Notes: generated by a model not told the origin, from the sequence alone. Counted from the first letter of the stretch, positions 29,471 to 44,014 are shown. The stretch is 64,000 nucleotides of DNA from Octopus vulgaris (GCA_951406725.2 OX597830.1:71362001-71426000); one strand, 5' to 3'. Translations and numbers: made by a program.

Positions 29471-30098
29471 AAACGAGATAAAAATGTTTTTACGAACGCT
29501 ATTTTTTGAGACGGCAGGAGCAACAGATTTACCGTCTCTACTTGGAGGAAGTCAGGAGAAGAAGGGCAGAGATAACCATCTCATCACGTGACCGCGACGG
29601 GAGGGAGGAGGATGAGTAAGAGAAATGGAGAGAATATACATACATACATACATATATACATACATACATACATACATACATACATACATACGAGGGAGAG
29701 AGAAATGCAGGTGCCATCTACTTCTGAGTTGAGGCTCTGAATATATAAGCATGGGTGATTTGAATGCAATCGTCAGCTGGCGGTGAGCTTCGGTGTACAG
29801 TAGGAATGATTGTTGAAAAATGAATTAGCTTACCTAGATTTCAGAATTAGCATGGCTAAACTAAAAAGGTAATATTTCTGCACTCTCTTATTCCACTCAT
29901 TTTACCTTATGTTCTTAATATATCAATTTCGCATTCCATTTTTCATAATCGTCCGAAGATCGGCACCAAGAAACTCGGAGAAAACTGCTTCGAAATTTCA
30001 GATTGCCCTGTATGAAATGACATTCTTTTCCATAATGTATTCGTCCCACTATTTCTCTTCCATGCAATTCTATATATACGCACACACCTACATACATG

Positions 30099-30099
<1 letters not shown>

Positions 30100-30130
<31 letters not shown>

Positions 30131-30300
30131 CATACATACATGCATACATACATACATACATACATACATACATACATACATACATACATACATACATACA
30201 TACATACATACATACATACATACATACATACATACATACATACATACATACATACATACATACATACATACATACATACATACATACATACATACATACA
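30100..30300. repeat. (TACA)n tetranucleotide array of about 200 bp
   Basis: Direct inspection. Confidence 0.95.
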
Positions 30301-30851
30301 ATATGTGTGTGAGTGTGTGTATGATCTGATATTATTTTACCAATTTCAATCATTGGACAGTGACCAAACTGCAGCATCGACTACCAAAATGGGTCTTGTG
30401 CATACCTTATTAAGAAGAGGAAAGCAATCACAACCTGAACGGAAAGAGACTTAAATTTGTTCTACGCACCGTTCGTAAACGGTCTTCCTACGCGTGAACA
30501 CACACACACACACATACAGACACACATGCAAGCACTCACACAAATATTTAGTATATCTGCTATTGGTATTTACATAAATTTAAATGCATTTGCAATTTTT
30601 GTTCCTTTTCTTTATATATTTGCTTGTATTAAAGTAATAAGTACCAAAATGAAAAAAAAAAACAACACTAGAAAAACGTGTTAAATTGAATTCAGAGTTA
30701 ATACGAAGCTTTTGGTTGGGAGAGAATGGAAAGGAATCATTGAGAACGGAACGAGCGTTTCTTTTTTTGTTTTTCAGTCCCACTTCAAATATATATACAT
30801 ATGTGTGTGCGTATATATATATGTATGTATAAATATATGTATGTATATGTA

Positions 30852-30964
<113 letters not shown>

Positions 30965-31286
30965 ATACATACATACACACAGGCATAAGTGTGTGTATAT
31001 GTATATTAAAATAAAAGTATAAGTACATTCATGCATAGACACATGTGTGTTTATAAATATGTATATATATATTTGTATGTATATGTGTATATATATATAC
31101 ATACATACATACATACATGCATGCATAATAGTGGGCAAAAGAGAAAAAATGTATAAAGAATGGAAAGAAGAATCTCTTCGATTTTTGGTCCATGTTTTAT
31201 TCCATTTCCTAAAACAGTTAGATACTTTCTCGATCTTACTTACTTCCTACAATGCCATTTTCCCCTTCCCTAAACCTACATATACC

Positions 31287-31323
<37 letters not shown>

Positions 31324-31873
31324 ATATCTCCGGCGTGAAACTTCAGCAAAAGCAGTGACCGACCACCTAGGTAGAGAAAAGATGGTGGTAAAATGGAATT
31401 AGATGAGATACATTGACGTTAAAAAGCGACTTAATTAAGGCGAAGGAATCACCCCCCGTTGATCAGTCGACATGTATTGATTTTCTCTTAATAAATTTGG
31501 GAAATGGATTAAAAGCTGCTGGCTATAAAACTCATATTACACTTAGTAGAATTTCAAATATTCACAAAACATCTCATAAACGATAGTTCTCAACATTGAT
31601 ATCTGTTTCTAGCCCTTCCTCATTGAATCTTTCACTTTGTCTTTCACTCTCTAAGTTCGTATCTGTTTCTAACAAGCTCTCTCCTTGTACATTGACTTCA
31701 CAGCTAACCCTTCGTCTCTATATATCCCGCTATCGTTCTCTCTATGTTTTTCAATCTCTCTCGCTTATCAATTATATAACGTTATGCATATACATAACAC
31801 ACAAAATATACATGATATCATGTCGATTCCCTCAATTCAAATCACTGCTTTAGTTTTATAATTTTTCACAGTG

Positions 31874-31933
<60 letters not shown>

Positions 31934-32144
31934 GTGGTGGTATAATACTTAGGTTTATTTCATACATGCTAACGGAAGATCTACTTTTGCATCAAGAAAA
32001 TAACCGTTACAGAAAATTTTGTGGAAAAAAAAATCCATCTTACCAAATAAAGAAATAAAATATTCCTTAAAGTTAAGGGAAAACCTCAATACCATGTACA
32101 CACATATAATGTGTGTATATGTATGAGTGTGTTTGTATGTATGT

Positions 32145-32190
<46 letters not shown>

Positions 32191-32191
32191 G

Positions 32192-32240
<49 letters not shown>

Positions 32241-32242
<2 letters not shown>

Positions 32243-32405
32243 CGGGAAGGTTTACGAAAATAAACAAAAGACGAAGGCAGGTGGAGTACAAACAAACAAT
32301 TGTATTAGTATGGCGCTCAAGGATAGAAATAAAACAAGTCTTTTACGTTTCGAGCCTGCGCTCTTCCACAGAAAGATACACAGAAAAGAAACAAGGAGAG
32401 AAACA
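32241..32405 (-). mobile_element. Penelope-like pseudo-LTR fragment inside (TA)n
   Basis: Homologue of 2296-2470, flanked by TA-rich microsatellite on both sides. Confidence 0.6.
32339..32376 (-). ncRNA. Type I minimal hammerhead-like motif, A6U variant
   Basis: Minus strand TCTTT-CTGTGGA-A-GAGC-GCAG-GCTC-GAAAC-GTA-AAAGA; 5-bp stem I, 4-bp stem II. Confidence 0.6.
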
Positions 32406-32452
32406 GTACATATACACATATATATGCACATATATACATATACACATATATA

Positions 32453-32491
<39 letters not shown>

Positions 32492-32507
32492 ATATGTATA
32501 TATACAT

Positions 32508-32553
<46 letters not shown>

Positions 32554-32937
32554 ACATGTGTGTATGCGTGCGTGCGTGTGTGCGCGTATGTGTGTATATA
32601 TTTATGTTATAATAAAAAAAATCAATTTTGCATTAAGCTGAAGGAGTACTCAGTACTTTTTGTTGCATAATATTGACAACGACTTCGAAGTTCCTGCCAG
32701 CGAAGTCATCATCCATATCTTCAGGGAATGATATCTTAAAAACAGGTACATTTGCTGTAAATCATTATTCCATATGAAAGATTAGAATCTTTGAACGTGA
32801 GATACAATGCATTCAAACAGCTGTACCATTGTACTCTATATGTATACCACACTAAATCCTATCTTTTGGCATAGTCACCTCGATCTTCTTCCCAGTACTA
32901 CACACATAAGAGATTTACGCTTAATTCTCTCTATATA

Positions 32938-33160
32938 TTTGTTTCTTTACTACCCACAAGGAGCTAAACACAGAGGGGACAAACAAGGACAGACAAACGG
33001 ATTAAGTCGATTATATCGACCCCAGTGCGTAACTGGTTCTTAATTTATCGACCCCGAAAGGATGAAAGGGAAAGTCGACCTCGGTGGAATTTGAACTCAG
33101 AAAGTAACTGCAGACGAAATACGGCTACACATTTCGCCCGGCGTGCAAACGTTTTTGCCA
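32938..33160 (-). mobile_element. SINE family B
   Basis: Close match to 12134-12366 in reverse. Confidence 0.88.
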
Positions 33161-33338
33161 TTGTCGGTATACAATACATCCACAGTATCGGATGTTCTGC
33201 TCTACGTCGCTCTGCTGTGACGTGTAAGCTGTTATTGACTTTAAATTTCAGCACAGACAATGCTGATAGCCACTGTGTTCAATATGAAGAATAAAACCAT
33301 TTGTTAGTGATTGTCATTTCTCGTCTACATGCTGTAAA

Positions 33339-33555
33339 CGACGGGCTCCTGAAAAGTCCCTGGCTTTAAGGGTATCGTGAAAGGCGTGGTTGAAGACCCA
33401 AATTTCCCAGCTCTTTCATAGGGTTTAGAAAAACTGAAGGACTGCTGCAATAAATATGGGAATCTGAGAGGGGAATATGTTGCATAAAACCATAGCCAAC
33501 TGACCCTCCTGTATTTTCTTTTGTTCAAGTCCAGGAACTTTTCAACACCCGCTCG
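33339..33555 (+). mobile_element. Non-autonomous mariner deletion derivative
   Basis: Imperfect TIRs of about 28 bp (33339-33366, 33527-33555, TA follows); 33422-33487 encodes GLEKLKDCCNKYGNLRGEYVA*, resembling the mariner transposase C-terminus. Confidence 0.8.
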
Positions 33556-34065
33556 TATATTTTTTGTTTCGTCTTTAAATTAGATCAGAAACCAAGTGCC
33601 CATAACTGATGTAGAGACTGAGATTGATTTAGGTATATCAGAACCGGAAACCTGACCAGAATGGTAGCAACAGAATAGAATTCGCTCAAAATTCATCCAA
33701 GTTGACAGCTGATGTTGTTAGCCTGAATGATAAGTTGCATGTAACACGAACGTTAAATCGTCTACAAAAGATGGACGTGAGTGTACCTGTTTGAAAATGC
33801 CTATGTATCTGTGTATATGTGTGTGCATGTATGTATGTATGTACGTTGAAATTGATTTCCTTCAACATGTATAAAAGGTTAATATATAATGTGTTGTATG
33901 AATGTGGTACACATAGACTTCCTCTTCTAAGTGTAAAGTCATTTAATGTAACATGTATTCATACAAACACACAGATACACATAATGTCTATAGAAGATAA
34001 CAGATCAACAAAGAGAAAATGAAACAGGAACATTACACACACACACACACACACGTTACATACAC

Positions 34066-34101
<36 letters not shown>

Positions 34102-34133
34102 TAGATACATACATACTTACATAAAAACATACA

Positions 34134-34170
<37 letters not shown>

Positions 34171-35644
34171 AGGTGATGTTTGTGTGTATATACATATATA
34201 GGTATATACACACACATATATATATATATATACATAATATAATATAATATAATATTATATATATATACACGTTTATAAATCTATATCTATATACATACTC
34301 AAAAACAAAAGATTTTTTCTACAAATATATAATATATTCAATGAAAAAAAAACCTAGCTTCTTCCCATTAAAAACATAATTATTTTAATATATACCAAAA
34401 AAAAAGAAGAAAAAAAGAAAGAAAACATAAATGAAGCGAAGCGGGAGATTTAGGATCCGTTACCTTGAATCATTCGTATTTAAAAAGCCTTCCTTTCAAA
34501 TTTAGAAAGCTTTTAAATACTTTTAAACAATTTTAAACTCTAAACGAATTCCCATTAGACAGCGACAAATAGAAATTTTTCAAGGTTCAACGATTTATTT
34601 GTCCAGTGTTGATAGCCTAAAATTATATACACCAAATCGATTTTATTTGTTTTTCGTAGCTTTTTTTTTTTACTTTTTAGATGTTTATATTCGTTGTTGT
34701 TCTTGAGGAGTTTTTTTCTCTGTGTTTTTTCTTTTTTTACATTTTTGCCTTAGAAACACCTTATTCTAAAGCAAACTGAAACTCTGTAAATTGGAATCCG
34801 GTGTGGTCAAATTATATTCTTAAAGGACTGAATATTTGTATGAAAAAATATAAAGGAAAACAAAGGTATGAAATATTCTTAAAATACCACAATAAATGGC
34901 TTTTTTTTTTTAGATAACTATATGTGATTATTATTTATATTTTTAAACATTTTAACGTATCAAAGCAATATTTGTTTGTTTATTAAGGAAAAGAAATGCA
35001 GTATCGAAAGAATTTTGCTTATTAAAGAATTTTTTTTTATTTATGAATTGCACTGTTTTTTTTTTTTGTAGCTAATTTTTATACTTTTCCTGATAAAAAA
35101 AGTGAATCCATGAGGAAAATAATCATTAGTGTTTGTTTGTATATATATATATATATATATACATACATACATAAACACGCGCACACACAATGTATGTGTT
35201 TATGTCCGTAAATTTTGCTTCAAGACGTTAAACCATTGTTTTCGTGAAGTATCGGAATCGTTCATTGTCGGATAATATGCTCGGTAGCATTTGTTTCGAA
35301 ATTCTGTGCTGTGATTTCGAATCCCGCTGAGATCATGTTTCCATTTCAAACTTTCGAGAAAAGGTAACAATCTCGGGCAGTTTATTGGTGCTATTGTAAG
35401 GACCCTGGACCTGAGGACTTGCGGTGTTTGTTTCGACTGTTTTGCTGTCAATTCACGCATGGACTACTTTGGCTGGAAAACTTAACCTCGTTGCCTAGGT
35501 TAATACTACCGCCTGACACTTCGGATGCTTTTACTGGAATCTACTTTGTTGCAAACATTCGAATCAGGTCTTCGGTTAGGGTATACTTTCCTCTCACTCC
35601 CTCACCCGTCTTTGAGACCCTAAAATATAAACAGGTATAGGTAT

Positions 35645-35865
35645 TTATTTCTTTATTGCCCACAAGGGGCTAAACATAGAAGGGACGAACAAGGACAGAC
35701 AAAGGATTAAGTCGATTATATTGACCCCAGTACGCAACTGGTACTTATTTAATCGACCCCGAAAGGATGAAAGGCAAAGTCGACCTCGGCTGAATTTGAA
35801 CTCAGAACGTAAAATCAGACGAAACACAGCTAAGCATTTCACCCGGTGTGCTAACGTTTCTGCCA
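35645..35865 (-). mobile_element. SINE family B
   Basis: Close match to family B; ATAGGTAT on both flanks. Confidence 0.88.
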
Positions 35866-37507
35866 TAGGTATTGTCTTACGAAAAGATTTTAACAAAAAT
35901 GTAATTTCCGAGGAGATTGTTCTACACAGGGAAGCTGAAATACTTTTCCTTCATCGTCATCATCATTATCCTCATCATAATCATCGTCGTCACCATCATC
36001 GTCATCATCATCCGCCTCCTCCTCCTCATCATCATCATTATTATCATCATCATCATCACAACAACATCTACGAATAAAACTTGCACATGCAATGAGTGCA
36101 ATCCCTGACGTCTCACATCCAGTTCCATTATGTTCACTGCGGTGATGGCATGACTATTTTAGCAGGGTTCTGTCTATGATTTATAGAAGAATGCCATCCT
36201 CTCATTGGCTCGGTGTTTTTGGTGAAATTTGTATGGCAGGAAGTTTTGGGAACTAACCCAATGAGAGGAAAATCCATGAACTTCTTCCTAATTCACCTAC
36301 AACTGCCAATCTATCTGTCATCTTACTGCTCAAATGCGATCGGTTGATATTTCTAAAGCCTTCATGCTTAGTTTCCAGTGAGGCAACCAAAATATCCTGT
36401 AGAGAAACACATCCCGTTGTTGTTGTTAGTTAAGCTTCAGGTCTATGATCAGATTTTTCTTTGATTCTTTCTGTAGATATCGTGTATCAAGGATTATAGA
36501 ATCCAATACATCTAGAAAACTCCTTTACAATGTTCTGGCCGCCCTGGGCCAATAGAAGAAAGTATTTGTCCAAGGTACTGTACAGATGAACTGATCCCGA
36601 AAACATATAGTTCCAAAGGGAACTTGTTAACCATACAGCCATTTCTGCGGCTTGTCTTGTGTATTTACTTATCAGATAAAAGAACTACCAATTTTTTCCT
36701 TAATTATAAATCCTAGACATCACATTTAAAACTTCTAATGTCTACCTCTGTCTGGTTTCATATAGCTTAGGAAAAGGGTGAAGAGAATGTGTAGAGCTCT
36801 TTTCTTGCAGTGAAAATCCTACCCATTGTGTGAACGGGAAACCTATGAAAGTGAAATTTTCACATCACCACTAACATTCGTACAGCGCGAATGACGTACG
36901 AGCTCTCAGAAAGCCCAGCCGTGACCGGTTACATACTGTTGCTATCACCCGTGTTATACCTACACCGTGACCTCATAGGACTGGAATAGAGTAACACTAA
37001 AAGAACACATGTATATCCTTGTCGGTGTTGCGTCGAATAAGAGCATCGTGCCAATACACCGTTCCTGGTGTTTATGACAACTTTGCATTTCATTTCGTTA
37101 TAATATCTAAATCCTGATGAGACCATCCCTATGGATGGAAAACATGAGGTTGAATCTAATAGGATTTGCAAAGCAACAATTGTTAATTCCGGGATGTGGA
37201 AGTACCTTCCATAGAACTATGAACAATTATATGTGTCCACGGCTTTAGTTTAATGCAAATATAAAGAAAACCTACTAATAAAACATTTCCTAATATGAAG
37301 TTACATATATGAACACACAAATACAGTAACAATCAGAAATACACACACACACGTACATACACACCCATACTTTCATGCATGCATACGTACATATATGTGC
37401 GAGTGTTTGAATACATGTGTGTATGTGTGTATATTGTATATATGTATATATGTATAAGTGTGGGTATGTGCTTATGTGCGTGTGTGTGTGTGTGTATATA
37501 TATATAT

Positions 37508-37737
37508 CTATTTCTTTATTACCCACAAGGGGCCAAACATAGAGGGGACAAACAAGGACAGACACAGGTATTAAGTCGATTACATCGACCCCAGTGCGTA
37601 ACTGGTACTTAATTTATCAACCCCGAAAGGATGAAAGACAAAGTCGACCTCAGCGGAATTTGAACTCACAACGTTGCGCCAGACGAAATACCGCTAAGCA
37701 TTTCGCCCGGCACGCTAACGTTTCTGCCAGCTCGCCG
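37508..37737 (-). mobile_element. SINE family B
   Basis: Near full length. Confidence 0.9.
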
Positions 37738-37739
37738 TA

Positions 37740-38047
37740 TATATATCACCGTGATCACCGTGACCGACCCGCCTATCAGATGTTACTACACATCGCTGGT
37801 CACAATGCGCTTCGCATTGTTTTAGCCTTCAAATGACGCCACCGCCCTGGCTAAGGCGAGCAGGCCAACAGAGAAAAAGTTGTGGCGAAAGAGTACAGCA
37901 GGGATCGCCACCATCCACTGCCGGAGCCTCGTGAAGCTTTAGGTGCTTTCGCTCAATAAACACTCACAAAGCCCGGTCTGGGAATCGAAGCCGCGATCCT
38001 ACAACTGCGAGTCCGCCGCCCTAACCACTGGGCCATTGCGCCTCCAC
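37740..38047 (-). mobile_element. tRNA-derived SINE family C2
   Basis: Minus strand A box TGGCCCAGTGG, B-box-like GCTTCGATTCCC, tail (TCACGGTGA)x2. Confidence 0.85.
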
Positions 38048-38567
38048 ACACACATATATGTGTGTATGTGTGTGTGTTCATAAATATGTGTATATACATA
38101 TGTATGTATACATCCATTTATGTGTGCATGCATCTATGTACGTCTCTCTTTGTACGTATGTAATTGAAAAATGACAGTAGAATAACTTTATTGTAAAATG
38201 TGAAACAAACTAGATCAAGTTCGTTCATGCATCCTCAAGGGTAGAGTTATTTTAAGGTGTCCTGCCTGGCCACATTCGCACTTTTCTTCTCTTATTTACT
38301 TGACTGATATTGAGAAGAGACGAATAAACTATCCGTTCTAGCCAGCTTTGGTACATGAGAATGAACAAGCCAATGAGAAAAAAGATCATAGAAATTAGCA
38401 CAATGCCTTCACTGAAGACTGTGTGTCTTCAAGAAAAATCAAATCTTACTCGTTAGTTCTCGTGAGATAACGAGTCCATTGGAGGTATGTGTATATACAT
38501 TTGTATTTATTCATACAACTACACAGACACATATGTGCACTTCGCTCTGTCTTTGTGTCTTTCTGTG

Positions 38568-38624
<57 letters not shown>

Positions 38625-38850
38625 ACATATATGTCCATATATATATGTATATATATGCATATGTATATATATATATGTGCATATGTTTATATATATGTAT
38701 ACATATATGTATATATATGTATACACTCATATATAGTCATTGCAATGTACATGTAAATGTATATATACATATATAATATATATACGTATATATATGTATA
38801 TGTGTATATATATATGTGTATATATATATATCTATATCTATATCTATCTA

Positions 38851-38903
<53 letters not shown>

Positions 38904-39259
38904 GGAGAGGGAGAGAGAGAGAAAGAGGTGGGGCAAGAATGTGTGAAAGACAGACTTATGACAAAATAATTTTTCATTAAACACAATTCACGCTTCATTT
39001 CTAATATCAGAATGTTTCAACATCTCAACACTTGATTAATATTTGATCAACAAAATCACGATGGACCGAGACAATGGCGTTCGATGTCTCGTGCGATATC
39101 ATCTTTCAATATTTCCTCTCGGTATTTAAACAAGTCAAACATACTACTTGCCTCTGCAGAGAATCTAAATAATATTGACTCTCCCGAGTTGTTGTTGGTG
39201 TTGTCGTTTGTATTGTTGTTGCTGGTATTGTTGTTGTTGTTGTTGTTGTTGTGTTGCTC

Positions 39260-39309
<50 letters not shown>

Positions 39310-39331
39310 CTTCTTCTTCTTCTTCTTCTTG

Positions 39332-39378
<47 letters not shown>

Positions 39379-39618
39379 GAGGCAGCGAGCCGTCAGAATG
39401 GTTAGCACGCCGGGCAAAATGCTTCACGGCATTTCGTCCGTCTTTCTGAGTTCAAATTCTTAGTTTTGAATTTTGAGTTCAAATCCCACCGAGGTCGACT
39501 TTGTCTTTCATCCTTTCGGGGTCGATGAAATAAATACCAGTTGAGCACTGAGGATGATTTAATCGACTAGCCCTCTTACCTAAAATTTCAGGCCTTGTGC
39601 CTATAGTAGAAAGGATTA
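39379..39618 (+). mobile_element. SINE family B, alternative tail, duplicated B box
   Basis: Two GAGTTCAAAT motifs; tail GGCCTTGTGCCTATAGTAGAAAGG. Confidence 0.85.
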
Positions 39619-40160
39619 TATATATATATATATATTTCAATTTTTTTACAGTTTTTTTTCTTGGTTCTGCTATTTACTCTTTATACTCCAAATCTCTTCA
39701 GTATATTCGCTGACGAACTATTACGACAAATTCGAAACTCTGAGACTGATAAAGGAAAAAAAAATTAATTAATTAATTTACTGATTATATTCTTTTATAT
39801 GAATTTAATTTTCCTCGTTAAATTTGTTGCTTTGTTGTTGCTTTCACTTTGGTTGTAAAGTGGGCTTCTGAACCATAAGCATAGATTTTCTAAAATCTTA
39901 CGTGATGCGTGACGCACCTATATCACCGTTTGAGAGCAACTGGTATAGAGAGCCCTTTGTAAGATTTCGCAAGGTCAAAAAAATTATTGTTCGGACTTAA
40001 ATGGTAGCTACAGCGGATAATAGGAAGCAGGTAGTGAGCAAGTCAGAGGATGGGATTGGCCGAGAACCTGCCGTAGGCCCACTAAATTATTTCTTGTTTA
40101 TTTCTATACTCCTGTCGCTTTATCGTGCAGATTTCTCTATTAAGTATTTCAAATCGTGAA

Positions 40161-40590
40161 TGGCTACGAGCTGGCAGAAACGTTAGCGCGCCGGGCGAAA
40201 TGCTTACCGGTATTTCGTCTGCCGCTGCATTCTGAGTTCAAATTCCGCCGAGGTCGACTTTGCCTTACATCTTTTGGTGGTCGATTAAATAAGTACCAGT
40301 TACGCACTGGGGTCGATATAATCAACTTAATCCCTTTGTCTGTCCTTGTTTGTTCCCTCTATGTTTAGCCTCTTGTGGGGCAATAAAGAAATAAGAAACT
40401 TTAGCACACCGAGTGAAATGCTTAGCGGTATTTCGTTTATCTTTACGTTCTGAGTTCAAATTCTGCTGTGGTCGACTTTGCCTTTCATCCTTTCGGGGTA
40501 GATAAATTAAGAACCAGTTGTGTACTGGAGTAGATTGAATTGACTGCCCTCCCACCCCCAAAATTTCGGGCCCTGTGCCTAGAGTAGAAA
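40161..40590 (+). mobile_element. Dimeric SINE family B
   Basis: Two head-to-tail monomers with different tails. Confidence 0.85.
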
Positions 40591-41831
40591 AAAAGAGTAT
40601 TTCAAATCATGAGCTAACGGTTAAAGTTTAAAACCTATTATGGAACCATGTACATGGTTACTAAAACTGCTAGAGATAACAGCAAAACATCTTTCAAATG
40701 ATAACTAACCGTCTCTAAAAAAAGAAGTAAGAATAACAGTTTAAGTTCACCAGCATACTGATAAACGGGATTACGAATCAAATAGTTTATAGATATGAAC
40801 CGTGGTTTGCTCTGAACAAATTTAACGAACAGTTGTTTGTCCAAAATTAGAGAGCGATTCAGTTTACTATCTTTAAAGAAAAAAAACCTGACATTATAGT
40901 TTTTTTATTATTTTTAGTTCAGCTACATCTGGAAAGACTTGGTTACGAATCAAATACAGATGTAGATATGAAACCTGGTTCGCTCCATCAGAGATAAAAT
41001 GGGACATATTTTACTAACACTTGTTTGTTCAATTTAGAGAGAGAGAGAGAGAGAGAGATTTTGTTTATTACTTGTTGCGAAATCGATAAAATGTATACCA
41101 GTCATATAATGGTATACGAGTTAGAAAATAAATGATTACGGGTGGGTATCCGGTAAAATTTGATCTATATAAAAGACTATATTGGTTGTATATCAGTGTA
41201 TATGCTGCAGGTGCTCTATCCGTGAGAAAATTTAATGGTCCAAAGATCGATTTGCAGTTATGATATTTATGAAGTATATAACTAATATTTTTATGTTGTT
41301 TTTATGTGGCAATCCTTCATTTAACATATACTTACTTTCACTTTACTTCTCTATTTCTCTCTCTCTCACACACACATACGCATACACATACGCATACACA
41401 CTTACACACACATATAAACGCACACGCACACGCACAAGCAACAGCTTTCTGTCTCCTCTCTATTCTCTCTTCATACATCCATATTCACAAACCTTTGAAA
41501 TGTTTCATACCCATACACACACGTGTATGCATGCGTATACTTTGCATATATACACACACACACACACACACATACATATAATAGTGCATGTATATGTACG
41601 CATGCGTGTGTGTGTGTGTGTGTGTGTGTGCAATTTTAGCAAAAATATTTTCTTCAGTAAATCAACCAGGTAACACCAAACGCAAAAACTATTTTTAAAA
41701 AAACTAAATAATTCCGCAACACATTCACCTGCACATACATAGAAACTCACATTCTCATACACATGTACGCATACTTACATTGATACACACACACACACGC
41801 ACAAAAAGACTTTCGTATATATATGCACATT

Positions 41832-41863
<32 letters not shown>

Positions 41864-41903
41864 TACGCGCCGTACATACATCAACACACACATGCATACA
41901 TAC

Positions 41904-41975
<72 letters not shown>

Positions 41976-42641
41976 CCGCACCGTACATACATCAACACAC
42001 ACACACACATGCACACACACACACATACACGTCCCGCGCCATCGTAATTTCCTCCTACTTTCTCTTTCTCCTCCACTTTGGGTTGCCTCTATATACTGAA
42101 CGCACTTAAAACATAATTACTGATTGGGAATACGTCGGTAATTGCAGTTTTACTACCTAGGAAATTATAGATTTATGATCCTAACTTGGTTTAAACGATG
42201 CAACTTGTATTGAATCGCAGCTCTGAGCAATTTCCTATCACTCACGATAAATCATTCTGTTATATTACAGAACGATAATTATCTCTAAACCGAAAATGTG
42301 CAAATCTTCTTGCGTCTAATAATATTGTTATTACGAAAGCATTGGAAAATGAAAACAATTGCCGAAGAGGAGACTTTAATTAATTTTCCATATAACAATG
42401 TAAAAAAAAATTACACACACGTACACATATATATATATATGTATATACATACACGTATACATAGGTATGTACTTAGAAGTCCTCTAACTTTACAGACTAC
42501 TCTCGCCACTAATATTACTACCAGGAGTCAATGAAGAATGCTCTACCTGGTCGATTGATCTTCTAGAAATAGCAGTTATATCTCCTTCATATATTATTCT
42601 ATCATCTTAAACAAAGGATATGTCAGATAAAGTCATTTTAA

Positions 42642-42792
42642 TACAAGTGGGTGCTGAAAATTTCCTGACTTTGATAGTATCGTGAAAGGCCTGATTGCTG
42701 GACCAACCTACCGAGTTCTGTTACTGGACTTGGAAAAACTGGAGGATCGGTGGCATAAGTGTGTGAATTTGAGAGAGGAATATGTTGAATCA
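42642..42792 (+). mobile_element. Mariner deletion derivative, same family as 33339-33555
   Basis: Shared GTATCGTGAAAGGC; encodes LEKLEDRWHKCVNLREEYVE. Confidence 0.78.
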
Positions 42793-44014
42793 GTACCCCT
42801 TCGGATATGATACACATTTCGTTGGAATGCTCATGATTGGAACATCTTTCTTGATCAAATGAGTGGAATTCATGAGAGCAGAGAAGGTGTTTATCGTCAA
42901 CGACAATCATAAATACAACATAGATGTATCGAACCATCTAGTGTGATTCTAACTAGTCGCTCGTTCTGCTACAAATATCAGTCAAATTTCCAGCAAATTT
43001 CATCTTATCTTCTTAAAGGAAAGTTCACACTCGTTGCAAGCATGGTTGTGAAGGTAAAAAATTCACTTACAATCACTTGGTTTCAGGCAAGTATCTTCTA
43101 GCCAGGCCAACCAGTGCCTTATAAGTGAATGTGGTTGATGGAAACTGTGAGGAAACCTGTTGAATGTGTATGTATGTGTCTTTATGTTTGTGTTCCACTA
43201 CATACACACCACTTGACAACCGGTGTATCTATGTATATGTGTCTTTATGTTTGTGTTCCGCTGCATACACGCCACTTGACAACCGGTGTTAGCAGTATGG
43301 CATAGAGATCGACAAAATAAATTCCAGACATACAATAAATAAATACAGGGAGTGGATTTTTCAACGAAACCGTTCAAGGCAGTGCCCCAGCTTGGCCGCA
43401 GTTCATTGACTTAAACAAGCAATAGATAAAAGAATAGATAACGAAGATCTCCGCCATAAAGAAAGATGTGGTGTGGATGGTCATGGCTGGAATGTTTTTG
43501 ATCAGGCGATCAGGCGAAGTTGCGTTTACTTATAGTTCACTTCATATAGAAAAAATAAACAAAGCTGTAAATAATAACCGTTATAATTTACGCAGTAACC
43601 ACAATTCAGTGGTTAAAGGCGATTAGCTTTTATTTGTGGTTTGATTTCTTTCTCAACATATTTTTTCACATCACTCAGCAGAAATGTGGAGATATCCCAA
43701 AGCTCTAATGAGCTGTTTCTCCTGAAATGGAACTAAGCCTCTTATGTGAGACAAAAGAGAAAAAGTGAACGAACGTTTCGATCTTTATGGAAGACTTCAT
43801 CGAATCGAGGAAGAAGCATTTCTGCTCAGTAGCGATGCGTGGTTCAAATATGAAATCATGAAGTAGCGTAGCTATTTTTAATATTATTTTTTTTTATACT
43901 AAACATCTATATCTATGTCTAGTTCATAGCTTGAAAGATATCACAATAATCATTATATGCAGGCGCATATATAATAATTCTCTCTCTCTCTCTCTCTCCA
44001 TCTCTCTCTCTATA

